A stretch of 64,000 bases of DNA from Eledone cirrhosa (GCA_964016885.1 OZ024743.1:196602001-196666000), one strand, 5' to 3'. Shown: positions 1 through 18,228, counted from the stretch's first letter. Numbers and translations are program-made. Notes: a model not told the origin generated them from the letters alone.

Positions 1-191
1 ATATACACATATATATATACACATATATATATACATATATATATATACTTATATATATACATATATATATACATATATATATATACATATACATATATAT
101 ATATATACATATACATATATATATATATATATATATACATATATATACATATACATATATATATATATATATACATATATATATACACATA

Positions 192-229
<38 letters not shown>

Positions 230-394
230 CATACATACATACATATACATATATATATATATATATACATACATATATACATATACATATATATATATAT
301 ACATATACATATAAATATACATATATATATATATATACATATATACATACATACATATATATATACATACATATATACATATATATATACATAC

Positions 395-427
<33 letters not shown>

Positions 428-440
428 AATAAATATATAT

Positions 441-709
441 AGTATTAAGGATACTATTTATGGTTATGTATGTAATAAAACCTTTAATGGTAATATATTA
501 TTTATACAAACCTTAAATAGTGAAAGATAGTCATTAATTACTATCCTATTACCAGTAAGATAAATAGCTCAATGTAATAACATCAGTTGTTTTACAGAGC
601 AGTTATATAGAGATTACAATAATCAAAGTTCAGTTTAAGTCATTTATTTGCTTACAACTATTGTAAGCAAATAAATGACTTAAACTGAACTTTGATTATT
701 GTAATCTCT
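441..709 (-). mobile_element. TA-flanked foldback element (49-bp perfect arms, 3-nt loop) with unique tail
   Basis: 609-657 is the reverse complement of 661-709 around loop CTA. The tail 441-608 carries GCTC...GAGC (600-567 on minus). (TA)n on both sides. Confidence 0.7.
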
Positions 710-1448
710 CTCTCTATATATATATATACATATATATATACATATATATATACATACATATATACATATACATACATATATATATATACATATATACATA
801 CATATATATATATACATATATACATACATATATATATATACATACATATATATATATACATATATACATACATATATATATACATATATACATACATATA
901 TATCTACATATATACATATATATATACATACATATATATATACATATATATATACATATATACATATATATATACATACATATATATATACATATATATA
1001 TACATATATACATATATATATACATATATACATACATACATATATATATACATATATATATACATATACATATATACATACATACATATATATATACATA
1101 TATATATACATACATATATATATACATATATATATACATACATATATATATACATATATATATACATACATATAATATACATATATATATACATACATAT
1201 ATATATACATATATATATACATACATATATATATACATACATATATATATACATATATATATACATACATACATATATATATACATATATACATACATAC
1301 ATATATACATACATACATATATACATACATACATATATATATACATATATACATACATATATATATACATACATACATATATATATACATACATACATAC
1401 ATACATATATACATACATACATATATATATACATACATACATATATAT

Positions 1449-1479
<31 letters not shown>

Positions 1480-1849
1480 CATACATACATACATATATAC
1501 ATACATATATATATACATACATACATATATATATACATATATACATACATATATATATATATACATACATATATATATACATATATACATACATATATAT
1601 ATACATATATACATACATACATATATGTATACATATATACATACATATATATATACATATATACATATATATATACCAACATACATATATATATACATAT
1701 ATACATACATACATATATATATACATATATACATACATACATATATACATACATACATATATATATACATATATACATACATATATACATACATACATAC
1801 ATACATATATACATACATACATACATATATACATACATATATATATACA

Positions 1850-1883
<34 letters not shown>

Positions 1884-2226
1884 CATACATACATATATAT
1901 ATACATACATACATACATATATACATACATACATACATATATATATACATACATACATATATATATACATACATACATACATATATACATACATATATAT
2001 ATACATACATACATACATATATATATACATACATATATATATATATACATACATACATATATATATACATACATATATATATATATACATACATATATAT
2101 ATATACATACATACATATATATATATACATACATACATATATATATATACATACATATATATATACATACATATATATATATACATACATATATATATAT
2201 ATATACATACATAAATATATATATAC

Positions 2227-2260
<34 letters not shown>

Positions 2261-2267
2261 ACATACA

Positions 2268-2299
<32 letters not shown>

Positions 2300-2307
2300 C
2301 ATACATA

Positions 2308-2517
2308 ACTTTAACTTTGAATAACTTTGAAATGTTTTGGCCAGTATTGGCCCAGGCCATGTCTAACTTAATAGCACCACCTGGCGAAGTCTTTCAATTC
2401 AGGATTTGGGCACCATGGCCCATTCGAGAAGAGAATTACTGTTTGCGGAGACATATCCGGGTGTGGGTGGTTTGTCCGGGATTACTTGGAGGAATTTGTC
2501 CAAAGACTTCTTGAATA
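2308..2517 (-). mobile_element. 3' end fragment of a non-LTR retrotransposon (CR1-group-like C-terminus)
   Basis: Minus frame reads [33 protein letters not shown], resembling the FKxxLDKFL..IPD.P C-terminus of CR1-like ORF2. It ends in short CAAAGTTA-type repeats. Clade call is from memory. Confidence 0.55.
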
Positions 2518-2726
2518 CATACATATATATATATACATACATACATATATATACATACATACATATATATACATACATACATATATATATATACATACAT
2601 ATGTATATACATACATATATATATATATACATACATACATATATATATATACATATACATACATACATACATACATATACATATATATATATACATACAT
2701 ATATATATACATACATACATATATAC

Positions 2727-2763
<37 letters not shown>

Positions 2764-2810
2764 CATACATATATATATACATACATACATATACATACAT
2801 ACATATATAC

Positions 2811-2847
<37 letters not shown>

Positions 2848-2874
2848 CATACATATATATATACATACATACAT

Positions 2875-2905
<31 letters not shown>

Positions 2906-2927
2906 CATACATACATATATATATACA

Positions 2928-2963
<36 letters not shown>

Positions 2964-2971
2964 TACATATA

Positions 2972-3019
<48 letters not shown>

Positions 3020-3160
3020 CATATATATATACATACATACATACATACATACATATACATATATATATACATACATATATATATATATATATACATATAT
3101 ATACATACATATATATATATATATACATATATATATACATACATACATACATACATACAT

Positions 3161-3210
<50 letters not shown>

Positions 3211-3344
3211 ACATACATACATACATATACATATATATATACATACATATATATATATATATATATACATATATATACATACATTTATATATATATATAT
3301 ATATATACATATATATATACATACATACATATATACATATATAT

Positions 3345-3387
<43 letters not shown>

Positions 3388-3390
3388 TAT

Positions 3391-3435
<45 letters not shown>

Positions 3436-3472
3436 CATATATATATACATACATACATATATACATATATAT

Positions 3473-3507
<35 letters not shown>

Positions 3508-3572
3508 CATATATATATACATACATACATATATACATATATATATACATACATACATATATACATATATAT

Positions 3573-3607
<35 letters not shown>

Positions 3608-3616
3608 CATATATAT

Positions 3617-3659
<43 letters not shown>

Positions 3660-3670
3660 TATATACATAC

Positions 3671-3703
<33 letters not shown>

Positions 3704-3710
3704 CATATAT

Positions 3711-3749
<39 letters not shown>

Positions 3750-3750
3750 T

Positions 3751-3781
<31 letters not shown>

Positions 3782-3788
3782 CATATAT

Positions 3789-3819
<31 letters not shown>

Positions 3820-3820
3820 C

Positions 3821-3883
<63 letters not shown>

Positions 3884-3908
3884 CATATATATATATATAC
3901 ATACATAC

Positions 3909-3939
<31 letters not shown>

Positions 3940-3952
3940 CATACGTACATAC

Positions 3953-3983
<31 letters not shown>

Positions 3984-4025
3984 CATACGTACATACATAT
4001 ATATATATATACATATATATATATA

Positions 4026-5264
4026 AGACCAAAGTACTAGTTTGTAGGAAAGAAAACAAGGCGGCGGTCCCTTCTGGGAAATGGTCGTGCTCGGTGTGTA
4101 GGAAAGGCGTAGGTAGAAACTCCATTTTATGTCCTAAATGCAAAGTATGGGTGCATAAAAGATGTAGTGGGATCACAGGTAGGCTAACTAAGAACATAGA
4201 TTTTACATGTGGCCGGTGCTCTGGTGCAATAAGTAGCAGCAAGTGCCCACAAACTACTAGCTCTTTCAATTGCGCAGAGGGTTCTATAGAAATAGTGGAC
4301 AGCTTCCGTTACCTGGGCGATAAAATCAGCAGTGGGGGAGGGTGCTCTGAAGTACTGTAGCTAGAGTCAGAACTGGTTGGAAAAAGTTCAGAGAGCTTAT
4401 ACCACTATTAGCTGCTAAAGGGTTCTCACTAAAAATGAAAGGCAGGTTGTACGATGCCTGCATACGAACAGCAATGCTGCATGGCAGTGAGACCTGGGCA
4501 TTGTGTGCAGAGGATATACGCAGACTAGAGAGGAACGAAGCTTGCATGCTCCGCTGGATGTGTAACAGTAATATACGTGAACGGCAAAGCATAAACGAAC
4601 TAAGGAATAAATTAGAGATAAGAGGGATCAGATGTTGTTTACTCGAGAGAAGGCTACGTTGGTATGGACACGTGATGCGCATGAAAGTCGATAGCTGTAT
4701 AACAAAGTGCAGGGCAATAAAGATAGACGGTAGTCACGGAATAGGCAGACCTAGAAAAACCTGGGACGAGCTGATAAACTCCGACATCACACACTTACAC
4801 CTCTCCAAGACAATGTCACTGGACCGAGACCTTTGGCGGTACTCAGTAACAGAGAAGACCCGCCTTACCTAAATATATAGTAAAACCTACTCCAGCCAGT
4901 AGGCATCTCTAACAAATACACCCCGTCCCACCACCCCCACCCGATCCACACCACCCCGTTCTATGTAAAGTTATGTTGGTGCCGCGCCATCGAGGCCGAA
5001 ACAAATGAGATCGTGTAGGGGTCACGACAAAAAAACACACAGTCCACGCTGTAATGTGGCCGTGTAGGCAACACGGTAAAAACCTCCCAGACCCACACTG
5101 TAAATGTGGTTGGTGTTAGGAAGGGCATCCAACTGTAGAAAACCTGCCAGACAGTCCTATGCGAGCAAGACAATCACTCTTGCCTCAAGTGGGACTACCC
5201 CCGTCCAAACCCATGCAAGCGTGGAACACGGACGTTAAACGTTGATGATGATGATGATGATGAT
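4026..5264 (+). mobile_element. RTE LINE family A, 5'-truncated copy 1 (frameshifted)
   Basis: KTKVLVCRK..., PHD-like Cys cluster, [31 protein letters not shown], then 3'UTR and (GAT)n tail. A 1-nt deletion near 4350 relative to the other copies shifts the frame. Confidence 0.93.
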
Positions 5265-5278
5265 ATATACATATATAT

Positions 5279-5323
<45 letters not shown>

Positions 5324-5708
5324 TACATACATATATAAATACATACATATATATATACATACATATATACATACATATATAAATACATACATATATATAT
5401 ACATACATATATATATACATACATATATATATATATACATACATACATACATACATATATATATACATACATACATACATATATATACATACATACATAC
5501 ATATCTATATATATATACATACATATATATATATACATACATACATATATACATACATATATATATATACATACATACATATATATATACATGCATATAT
5601 ATATATACATACATACATACATACATATCTATATATATATACATACATATATATATACATGCATATATATATATATACATACATACATACATACATATCT
5701 ATATATAT

Positions 5709-5741
<33 letters not shown>

Positions 5742-5977
5742 CATACATATATATATATATACTACATATATATAGATATATACATACATATATATATATA
5801 TACATACATAATATATAGATATATATACATACATATATAGATATATATACATACATATATATATATATATACATACATATATATATATACATACATATAT
5901 ATATATATATACATACATATATATATATACATACATATATATATATACATACATATATATATATATATACATACATA

Positions 5978-6018
<41 letters not shown>

Positions 6019-6092
6019 ACATACATATATATATATACATACATATATATATATACATACATATATATATATACATACATATATATATATAC

Positions 6093-6292
6093 NNNNNNNN
6101 NNNNNNNNNNNNNNNNNNNNNNNNNNNNNNNNNNNNNNNNNNNNNNNNNNNNNNNNNNNNNNNNNNNNNNNNNNNNNNNNNNNNNNNNNNNNNNNNNNNN
6201 NNNNNNNNNNNNNNNNNNNNNNNNNNNNNNNNNNNNNNNNNNNNNNNNNNNNNNNNNNNNNNNNNNNNNNNNNNNNNNNNNNNNNNNNNNNN
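6093..6292. other. Assembly gap (200 N)
   Basis: Run of n characters. Confidence 1.
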
Positions 6293-7172
6293 ATTGTGTG
6301 CAGAGGATATACGCAGACTAGAGAGGAACGAAGCTTGCATGCTCCGCTGGATGTGCAATAGTAATATACGTGAACGGCAAAGCATAAACGAACTAAGGAA
6401 AAAATTAGAAATAAGAGGGATCAGATGTTGTTTACTCGAGAGAAGGCTACGTTGGTACGGTCACGTGATGCGCATGAAAGACGACAGCTGTATAACAAAG
6501 TGCAGGGCAATAAAGATAGACGGTAGCCACGGAGTAGGCAGACCCAGAAAAACATGGGACGAGCTGATAAATTCCGACCTCACACGCTTACACCTCTCCA
6601 AGACAATGTCACTGGACCGAGACCTTTGGCGGTACTCAGTAATAGAGAAGACCCGCCTTACCTAAATACAAAGTAAAAACCTACTACAGTCAGTAGGCAC
6701 CTCTATCAAAACACACCCCCGTCCCACCACCTCCACCCCCACCCACACCGCCCCTTTCAATGTAAAGTTATGTTGGTCCCACAACATCCAGGCCGAAACA
6801 AATGAGATCGTGTAGGTGTCACGACAAAAAACACACAGTCCACGCTGTAAATGTGGCCGTGTAGGCAACACGGTAAAAACCTCCCAGCCCCACACTGTAA
6901 ATGTGGTTGGTGTTAGGAAGGGCATCCAGCTGTAGAAAAACCCGCCAGACAGTCCACGCTGTAATGTGGCCGTGTAGGCAACACGGTAAAAACCTCCCAG
7001 CCCCACACTGTAAATGTGGTTGGTGTTAGGAAGGGCATCCAACTGTAGAAAACCCGCCAGACAGTCCTATGCGAGCAAGACAACCACTCTTGCCTCAAGT
7101 GGGAAAACCCCCGTCCAAACCCATGCAAGCGGGAACACGGACGCTAAACCTGATGATGATGATGATGGATGA
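6293..7172 (+). mobile_element. RTE LINE family A copy 2 (3' part, internal 3'UTR duplication)
   Basis: [12 protein letters not shown]...[11 protein letters not shown]...EKTRLT*. About 115 bp of the 3'UTR is tandemly duplicated at ACAGTCC. GAT tail. Confidence 0.92.
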
Positions 7173-7177
7173 TATAC

Positions 7178-7212
<35 letters not shown>

Positions 7213-7386
7213 CATATACATACATATATATATATACAGTATACATACATATATATATATACATATATAAACATATTATATATACATATATATACATATT
7301 ATATATACATATATATACATATTATATATACATATATATACATATATATACATATTATATATACATATATATACATATATATATAC

Positions 7387-7419
<33 letters not shown>

Positions 7420-7533
7420 CATATATATATACATATATATATATATACATATATATATACATATATATATATATACATATTATATATACATACATATATA
7501 TATACATATATATATATATACATATATATATAC

Positions 7534-7642
<109 letters not shown>

Positions 7643-7656
7643 TATATACATATATA

Positions 7657-7688
<32 letters not shown>

Positions 7689-7720
7689 GTATATATATAT
7701 ACATATATATATATATATAG

Positions 7721-7751
<31 letters not shown>

Positions 7752-8069
7752 ATACATATATATATATTATAGCATATATATATATATACATATATATACA
7801 TATATACATATATATACATTATATACATATATATATACATATATATATATACATATATATATACATATACATATATATATACATATACATATATATATAC
7901 ATATACATATATTTATACATATATATATACATATATATATACATATATATATACATATATATACATATACATATATATACATACATATACATTATATACA
8001 TATATATACATATATATACATATATATATATACATTATATATATACATATATATATATACATATATATA

Positions 8070-8158
<89 letters not shown>

Positions 8159-8318
8159 CATATATATATACATATTATATATACATATATATACATATTA
8201 TATATACATATATATACATATATATACATATTATATATACATATATATACATATATATACATATTATATATACATATATATACATATTATATATACATAT
8301 ATATACATATATATATAC

Positions 8319-8369
<51 letters not shown>

Positions 8370-8494
8370 CATATAATATATATATACATATATATATACA
8401 TATATATATATATACATATATATATACATATATATATATATATACATATATATATACATATATATATATACATATATATATATATAAGTACATA

Positions 8495-8526
<32 letters not shown>

Positions 8527-8527
8527 C

Positions 8528-8572
<45 letters not shown>

Positions 8573-8619
8573 TATATACATATATATATATACATATATA
8601 TATACATATATATATATAC

Positions 8620-8650
<31 letters not shown>

Positions 8651-8674
8651 CATATATATATATTATATATATAC

Positions 8675-8725
<51 letters not shown>

Positions 8726-8726
8726 C

Positions 8727-8773
<47 letters not shown>

Positions 8774-8836
8774 CATATATATATATATCATATATATATA
8801 TATATACATACATATAATACATACATATATATATAC

Positions 8837-8867
<31 letters not shown>

Positions 8868-9087
8868 CATATATATACATATATACATATATATATATAT
8901 ATACATATATATATACATATATATATATTACATATATATATACATATATATATACATATACATATACATATACATATATATACATATATATATACTATAT
9001 ATATACATATATATACATATATATACATATACATATATATACATATATATACATATATATACATATATATATATATTATATATATAC

Positions 9088-9213
<126 letters not shown>

Positions 9214-9259
9214 CATATATATATATATATAGTATATACATATATATATATATATATCA

Positions 9260-9333
<74 letters not shown>

Positions 9334-9702
9334 CATATATATACATATATATACATATATATATACATATATACTATATATATATATAATATATATATAC
9401 ATATATATATACATATAGTACATATATATATATACATATATATACATATATATACATATATATATATATATACATATATATACATATATACATATATATA
9501 CATATATATATATACTATATACTATATACATCATATATACTACACATATCACTCATACACACATACTACATATACATATACACATACATATATATACATA
9601 TATACACTATACATATACACTATATCATATACTATATATATACATATATATATTATACTACACATATACACCCATATATACATACACACAATATATATAC
9701 AC

Positions 9703-9743
<41 letters not shown>

Positions 9744-9759
9744 TATACATATATATATA

Positions 9760-9826
<67 letters not shown>

Positions 9827-10658
9827 TATACACTATACATATATATACATATACTATATATACATATATATATACATATATATACTATACTATATATACA
9901 TATATACCATATACTATACATACTATAACATATATATAAACCATATACTATACATATATACATATACACATATATATATACATAATATATATACTATACA
10001 CATATATCATACATATCATATACTACTACCTATATACATATACTATATACATATACTATACATACATATACATACTATACACTATACTACATATACATAT
10101 AACATATACATATATATATACATATATATATATACATACATATACATACATATACATATACATATATATAATATATATACATACATATACATACTACACT
10201 ATACATATACAATATATATATATACCATATATATACATATATCATACATATACATATATATATATATATATACATATATATATACATATACATATATATA
10301 TACATATATATACATATATATATATACATATACATATATATACATATATATATATACATATATATATATATACATATACATATATATACATATATATACA
10401 CATACATATACCATATACTATACAATACATATCATATATATACACTATATATATATACATATATATATACATATATATATATACATATATATACATACAT
10501 ATATATATATATTATACATATATACATACATATATATATATACATAATATATATATTTATACATATATATACATATATATATATATATACATATATATAC
10601 ATATATATATATTTATACATATATATACATATATATATATACATATATATATATATAT

Positions 10659-10984
10659 CATCATCATCATCATTTCATTTTACGTCCGCTTGTCCCTGCT
10701 CGCAAGGGTAGGACGGGAACTGACTCTGGCTTGATTTCTACAGCTGGATGCCCTTCCTAACACCAACCTCATTTACAGCGAGTGCTGGGTGCTTTTTTGC
10801 CGTGGCACCACCACGACCACTTTGCAGTGGAATGATAGGGACCCCAGTCCCTACAGCTGAGTAAACTGGAGCAATGTGAAATAAAGTGTCTTGCTCAAGG
10901 AAACAACACATCACCCAGTCTGAGAATTGAACTCACAACCTTTCGATTGCAAGGCCAATGCTCTAACCACTAAGCCATGTGCCT
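10659..10984 (-). mobile_element. tRNA-derived CORE-like SINE with RTE-type 3' tail
   Basis: Minus strand has A box TGGCTTAGTGG, B box GTTCAATTC and CORE-like TCCTTGAGCAAGACACTT. It then has GGTTGGTGTTAGGAAGGGCATCCAGCTGTAGAAA and a (GAT)n tail, as in the RTE-A 3'UTR. Confidence 0.85.
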
Positions 10985-10986
10985 TC

Positions 10987-11055
<69 letters not shown>

Positions 11056-11149
11056 CATATATATACATATATATACATTTCGATTGCAAGGCCAATGCTC
11101 TAACCACTAAGCCATGTGCCTCCATGTATATTTGTGTATTAATGTTTGT

Positions 11150-11350
11150 GTGTGAGTGAGGGAGTGAAAAATGTTGATTGAGTGCATCTGTGTGAGTGAG
11201 AGAGTGAAAGATATTGACTGAGTGCATGTGTGAGTGAGAGAGTGTTGACTGTGTGAGTGAGAGAGTGTTGACTGTGTGAGTGAGAGAGTGTTGACTGTGT
11301 GAGTGAGAGAGTGTTGACTGTGTGAGTGAGAGAGTGAAGAGTGTTGACTG
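11150..11350. repeat. 22-bp GT/GA minisatellite (duplicate of the start of 25270-25590)
   Basis: Tandem GAGAGTGTTGACTGTGTGAGTG units. Confidence 0.85.
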
Positions 11351-11452
11351 TATATTATATATACATATATATACATATATATACATATTATATATACATA
11401 TATATACATATATATACATATTATATATACATATATATACATATATATATAC

Positions 11453-11485
<33 letters not shown>

Positions 11486-11486
11486 C

Positions 11487-11524
<38 letters not shown>

Positions 11525-11644
11525 ATATATATATATATACCCATATATATATATATATATACACACATATATATATATATATACACATATATATATATAT
11601 ACACATATATATATATATACACATATATATATATATATATACAC

Positions 11645-11751
<107 letters not shown>

Positions 11752-11962
11752 TATATATATATACACATATATATATATATATACACATATATATATACAT
11801 ATATATATATAGATATATATATATACATATATATATATACACATATATATATATACATATATATATATACACATATATATATACACATATATATATACAT
11901 ATATATATACATATATATATACACATATATATATATACATATATATATACATATATATATAC

Positions 11963-11993
<31 letters not shown>

Positions 11994-12426
11994 CACATAC
12001 ACACATATATATATATACATATATATATATATACACATACACACATATATATATACATATATATATACACATACACACATATATATATACATATATATAT
12101 ACACATACACACATATATATATACATATATACACATATATATATACACATATATATATATATACATATATATACACATATATATACACATATATATATAC
12201 ATATATATACACATATATATACACATACATATATACATATATATATACATATATATATACATATATATATACATATATATATACATATATATATACATAT
12301 ATATATACATATATATATACATATATATATATACATATATATATACATATATATATACATATATATATACATATATATATACATATATATATACATATAT
12401 ATATACATATATATATACATACATAT

Positions 12427-12588
12427 ATGGTGGCTGCCAACTCGTTTTCGAGTACGGCCACTACTTTATATCCATGTAGGAGAACCCCTACCGAAGCGCT
12501 GCATGAGTGTGACTTTTTAGTCCAGCCAGCGACTTGAAAACTCTGGTACAAACACTACACTTGTGACAATTATCCTTCATACGCATCA
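12427..12588 (-). mobile_element. LINE 3' terminus with C2H2-like zinc finger (RTE-type)
   Basis: Minus frame reads [32 protein letters not shown] short 3'UTR ends CTCGAAAACGAGTTGGCAGCCACCAT next to (TA)n. Confidence 0.7.
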
Positions 12589-12910
12589 TATATATATATA
12601 TATACATACATACATATATATATACATATATACATACATACACATACACATATACACATACATACATATATATATATACACATACATACATACACACATA
12701 CATACATACATATATACATACATATATATATATATACACACACATATATATATATATACATACATATATACATACATACACACATACACATATATACATA
12801 CACATATACATATATACACACATATATACACATACATACATATATACATATATACATACATATACATATACATACATATATATATATATATACATACACA
12901 CACATATACA

Positions 12911-12944
<34 letters not shown>

Positions 12945-13483
12945 CATACACATATACATACATATATATATACATATACATACACATACATACATATACA
13001 CATACATACATACATACATACATATACACACATATACATACATATATACATACATATATACATATATATACACATACATACATACATACACACATACATA
13101 CATATATACATACATACATACACACATATATACATACACACATACATACATATATATATACATATACATACATACACATATACATATACATACATATACA
13201 CATACATATACACATATACATATACATACATATACACATACATATACACATATATACATATATATATACATACATACATATATATACACATATACATACA
13301 TATACACATACATATACATACATACACATATACATACATATACACATACACATACATACATACACATATACATATATATACATACATACACATATACATA
13401 TACATACATATATACATATATATACATACACATACATATACATATACATACACATATATATACATATACATACATACATACAT

Positions 13484-13516
<33 letters not shown>

Positions 13517-13930
13517 TATATATACATACATATATATATACATATACATACATATATACATACATATATACATACACATATACATACATACATACACATA
13601 CATACACATATATATACACACATACATACACATATATATACATATACATACATATATACACACATATACATACATACACATATACACATATATACATACA
13701 TACATACATACATATATACATACATACATATACATACATATATACATATATACACATATACATACATATACACATATATACATACATACACACATATACA
13801 TATACATACATACATATACACACATATACATACATACATATATATATATATATACACATACATACACATATACACACATATATACATACACATATACATA
13901 TACACATACATACATATATACATACATATA

Positions 13931-13962
<32 letters not shown>

Positions 13963-14005
13963 CATATACATACACATATACATACACATATACATATATA
14001 TATAC

Positions 14006-14483
14006 ATGGTGGCTGCCAACTCGTTTTCGAGTACGGCCACTACTTTATATCCATGTAGGAGAACCCCTACCGATGCGCTGAACGAGTGTGACTTTTTAGT
14101 CCAGCCAGCGACTTGAAAACTCTGGTACAAACACTACACTTGTGACAATTACTGACACATAGTGCTGGGCCCATGGTACCATGTGACGACAAGTGCAGAG
14201 AGATCTCCAGATATAAAGCAATGCCTGTGCCGTGAAGCTTTTATAGTGAGCAAAGGCACTGCACAAAGCCAGTCCCACTCTCTTAACCAAGATGATATTT
14301 ACCAAAAAGAAGAACAAGTCAACATCATTGGATACCATCAAGGTTGCAGGTGTTATATCAGAGTTTTCCTTCTCCTAGAATTCTGCATTGACAAAGGCTA
14401 AGGGGTCATCTCTCCCGGTGATTTTGGATGGCCATTGACTCTTAAGAGCTCCTTTGCCCTTTGACAGGTTTTGTTTTTAGTCC
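14006..14483 (-). mobile_element. Bipartite non-autonomous RTE-like element (5'UTR-like segment fused to the same zinc-finger 3' end)
   Basis: 14006-14151 is nearly identical to 12427-12572. The upstream part is non-coding and contains CTAGGAGAAGGAAAACTCTG (14378-14359). Confidence 0.6.
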
Positions 14484-14503
14484 ATATATATATATATATA
14501 CAC

Positions 14504-14548
<45 letters not shown>

Positions 14549-14592
14549 TATATACATATATATATATATATACACATATATATACACATATA

Positions 14593-14657
<65 letters not shown>

Positions 14658-14798
14658 ATATATATACACATATATACATATATATATATATATATATACA
14701 CATATATATATATATATATATACACACACATATATATATATATATACATATATACACATATATATATATATACACATATATATATATATACACATATA

Positions 14799-14848
<50 letters not shown>

Positions 14849-15416
14849 TATATATATATATACACATATATATATATATATATACACATATATATATATA
14901 TATATACACATATATATATATATATATACACATATATATATATATATATACACACATATATATATATATATACACATATATATATATATACACATATATA
15001 TATATATACACATATATATATATATACACATATATATATACATATATATACACATACATATACACATACATATATACATATATATATACATATATATATA
15101 CATATATATATACATATATATATACATATATATATACATATATATATACATATATATATACATATATATATACATATATATATACATATATATATACATA
15201 TATATATACATATATATATACATATATATATACATACATATATACATACATATATACATATATATATACATATATATATACATATATATATACATATATA
15301 TATATATACATATATATATACATATATATATATATACATATATATATACATATATATATACATATATACATATATATATACATATCTATATACATATATA
15401 CATATATATATATATA

Positions 15417-15524
15417 CAGATAGTCCTATGCGAGCAAGATAACCACTCTTGCCTCAAGTGGGAAAACCCCCGTCCAAACCCATGCAAGCGTGGAACACGG
15501 ACATTAAACGATGATGATGATGAT
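15417..15524 (+). mobile_element. RTE family A extreme 3' stub
   Basis: Matches the last ~100 nt of the RTE-A 3'UTR plus (GAT)n, embedded in TA repeat. Confidence 0.9.
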
Positions 15525-15658
15525 ACATATATACATATATACATACATATATATACATATATATATATATACACATATATATATATATATATACATATAT
15601 ATACATATATATATATATACACATATATATATATATATACACATATATATATATACAC

Positions 15659-15797
<139 letters not shown>

Positions 15798-15812
15798 TAT
15801 ATATATATATAT

Positions 15813-15881
<69 letters not shown>

Positions 15882-15966
15882 TATATATACACATATATAT
15901 ATACACATATATATATATACACATATATATATATATACACATATATATATATACACATATATATAT

Positions 15967-15999
<33 letters not shown>

Positions 16000-16002
<3 letters not shown>

Positions 16003-16997
16003 TGATATCACTGCTCTACACCAACACCAAAGCCCAAGTCATTACACCTGATGGGATGACAGAGTTCTTTGAGATACTGGCTGGAGTGCTCCAGGGAGAT
16101 ACATTGGCTCCCTACCTTTTTATCATCGTAGTGGACTATTGTATGCGCCTTGCACTGGAGAAACACCAGGACACTGGCTTTACTGTAGCACCGGCTCAGA
16201 TCAGGAGAGTTGGGGCGAAAAAGGTATCGGATGCTGAATTTGCCGACGACATAGTTTTGGTGACAAATACAGTGAAGGAGGCAGAGGATTTGATGCGGGA
16301 GGTTGAGACTGTGTCGATGAGTGTGGGGCTGAGAATGAATGAGACTAAAACAAAATATCTGGTAGAGAATGTTGAGAAGCCAGAGAGGATCACTAATGTA
16401 GGCGGGAAGCCGCTGGAATTGGTTGAGGACTTCCTGTATTTGGGAGCAAAGATTGGGAATACGGAAGATGATGTGGTTGAGAGGAAGAGCAAGGCCTGGG
16501 CGGCGTGTCACAGCTTGAGATCGGTGTGGAAGTCGGACCTTCGTAGAGACCTGAAAATCCGCCTCTTCATTGCTGTAGTGGAGTCTGTGCTGCTGTATGG
16601 GTCTGAGACTTGGACACTGACCAAGAGACTCACTCAGATGGTGGATGGGTGCTACACGAGAATGCTGAGGATGGCTCTGAACATTAATCAGTATACACTG
16701 AGGATGAAAAACTCAGAGCTGTATGGGAGCATCCCAAAAGTCAGCTCAAAAGTGACACAGAGGAGACTGAGGTTGGCTGGACATGCTCACCGACATCCAG
16801 AGTTGACATTGCACTCAGTGCTCCTTTGGGAGCCCCTACATGGACACACTAGAAGAGGAAGACCAAGGTTAACATATGTTGATGCCCTAAGGACAGACAC
16901 TGGTCTGTTGGAGATGCAGGATATGGCAGCGATAATGAGGGACAGAGACCGCTGGAGAGAACTCGTCCATGGATCTCGGGAATTTTACCCGCCTTAG
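16000..16997 (+). mobile_element. RTE LINE family B, 5'-truncated, open RT C-terminal frame
   Basis: ORF 16056-16997: [47 protein letters not shown]. The stop is followed immediately by (ATAG)/(TA)n. Confidence 0.92.
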
Positions 16998-17270
16998 ATA
17001 GATAGATATATATATATACACATATATATATATACACATATATATATATACACATATATATATATACACATATATATATATACACATATATATATATACA
17101 CATATATATATATACACATATATATATATACACATATATATATATACACATACACATATATATATATACACATATATATATATATATATATACACATATA
17201 TATATATACACATATATATATATATATATACACATATATATATACACATATATATATATATATATACACA

Positions 17271-17302
<32 letters not shown>

Positions 17303-17363
17303 CACATATATATATATATATATACACATATATATATATATATATACATATATATATACACAC

Positions 17364-17448
<85 letters not shown>

Positions 17449-17454
17449 CATACA

Positions 17455-18069
<615 letters not shown>

Positions 18070-18228
18070 ATATACATATATATATATATACATATACATA
18101 TATATATATATATACATATATATATACATATATATATACATATATATATACACATATATATATATATACACATGTATATATATATACACATGTATATATA
18201 TACACATATATATATATATATACACATA

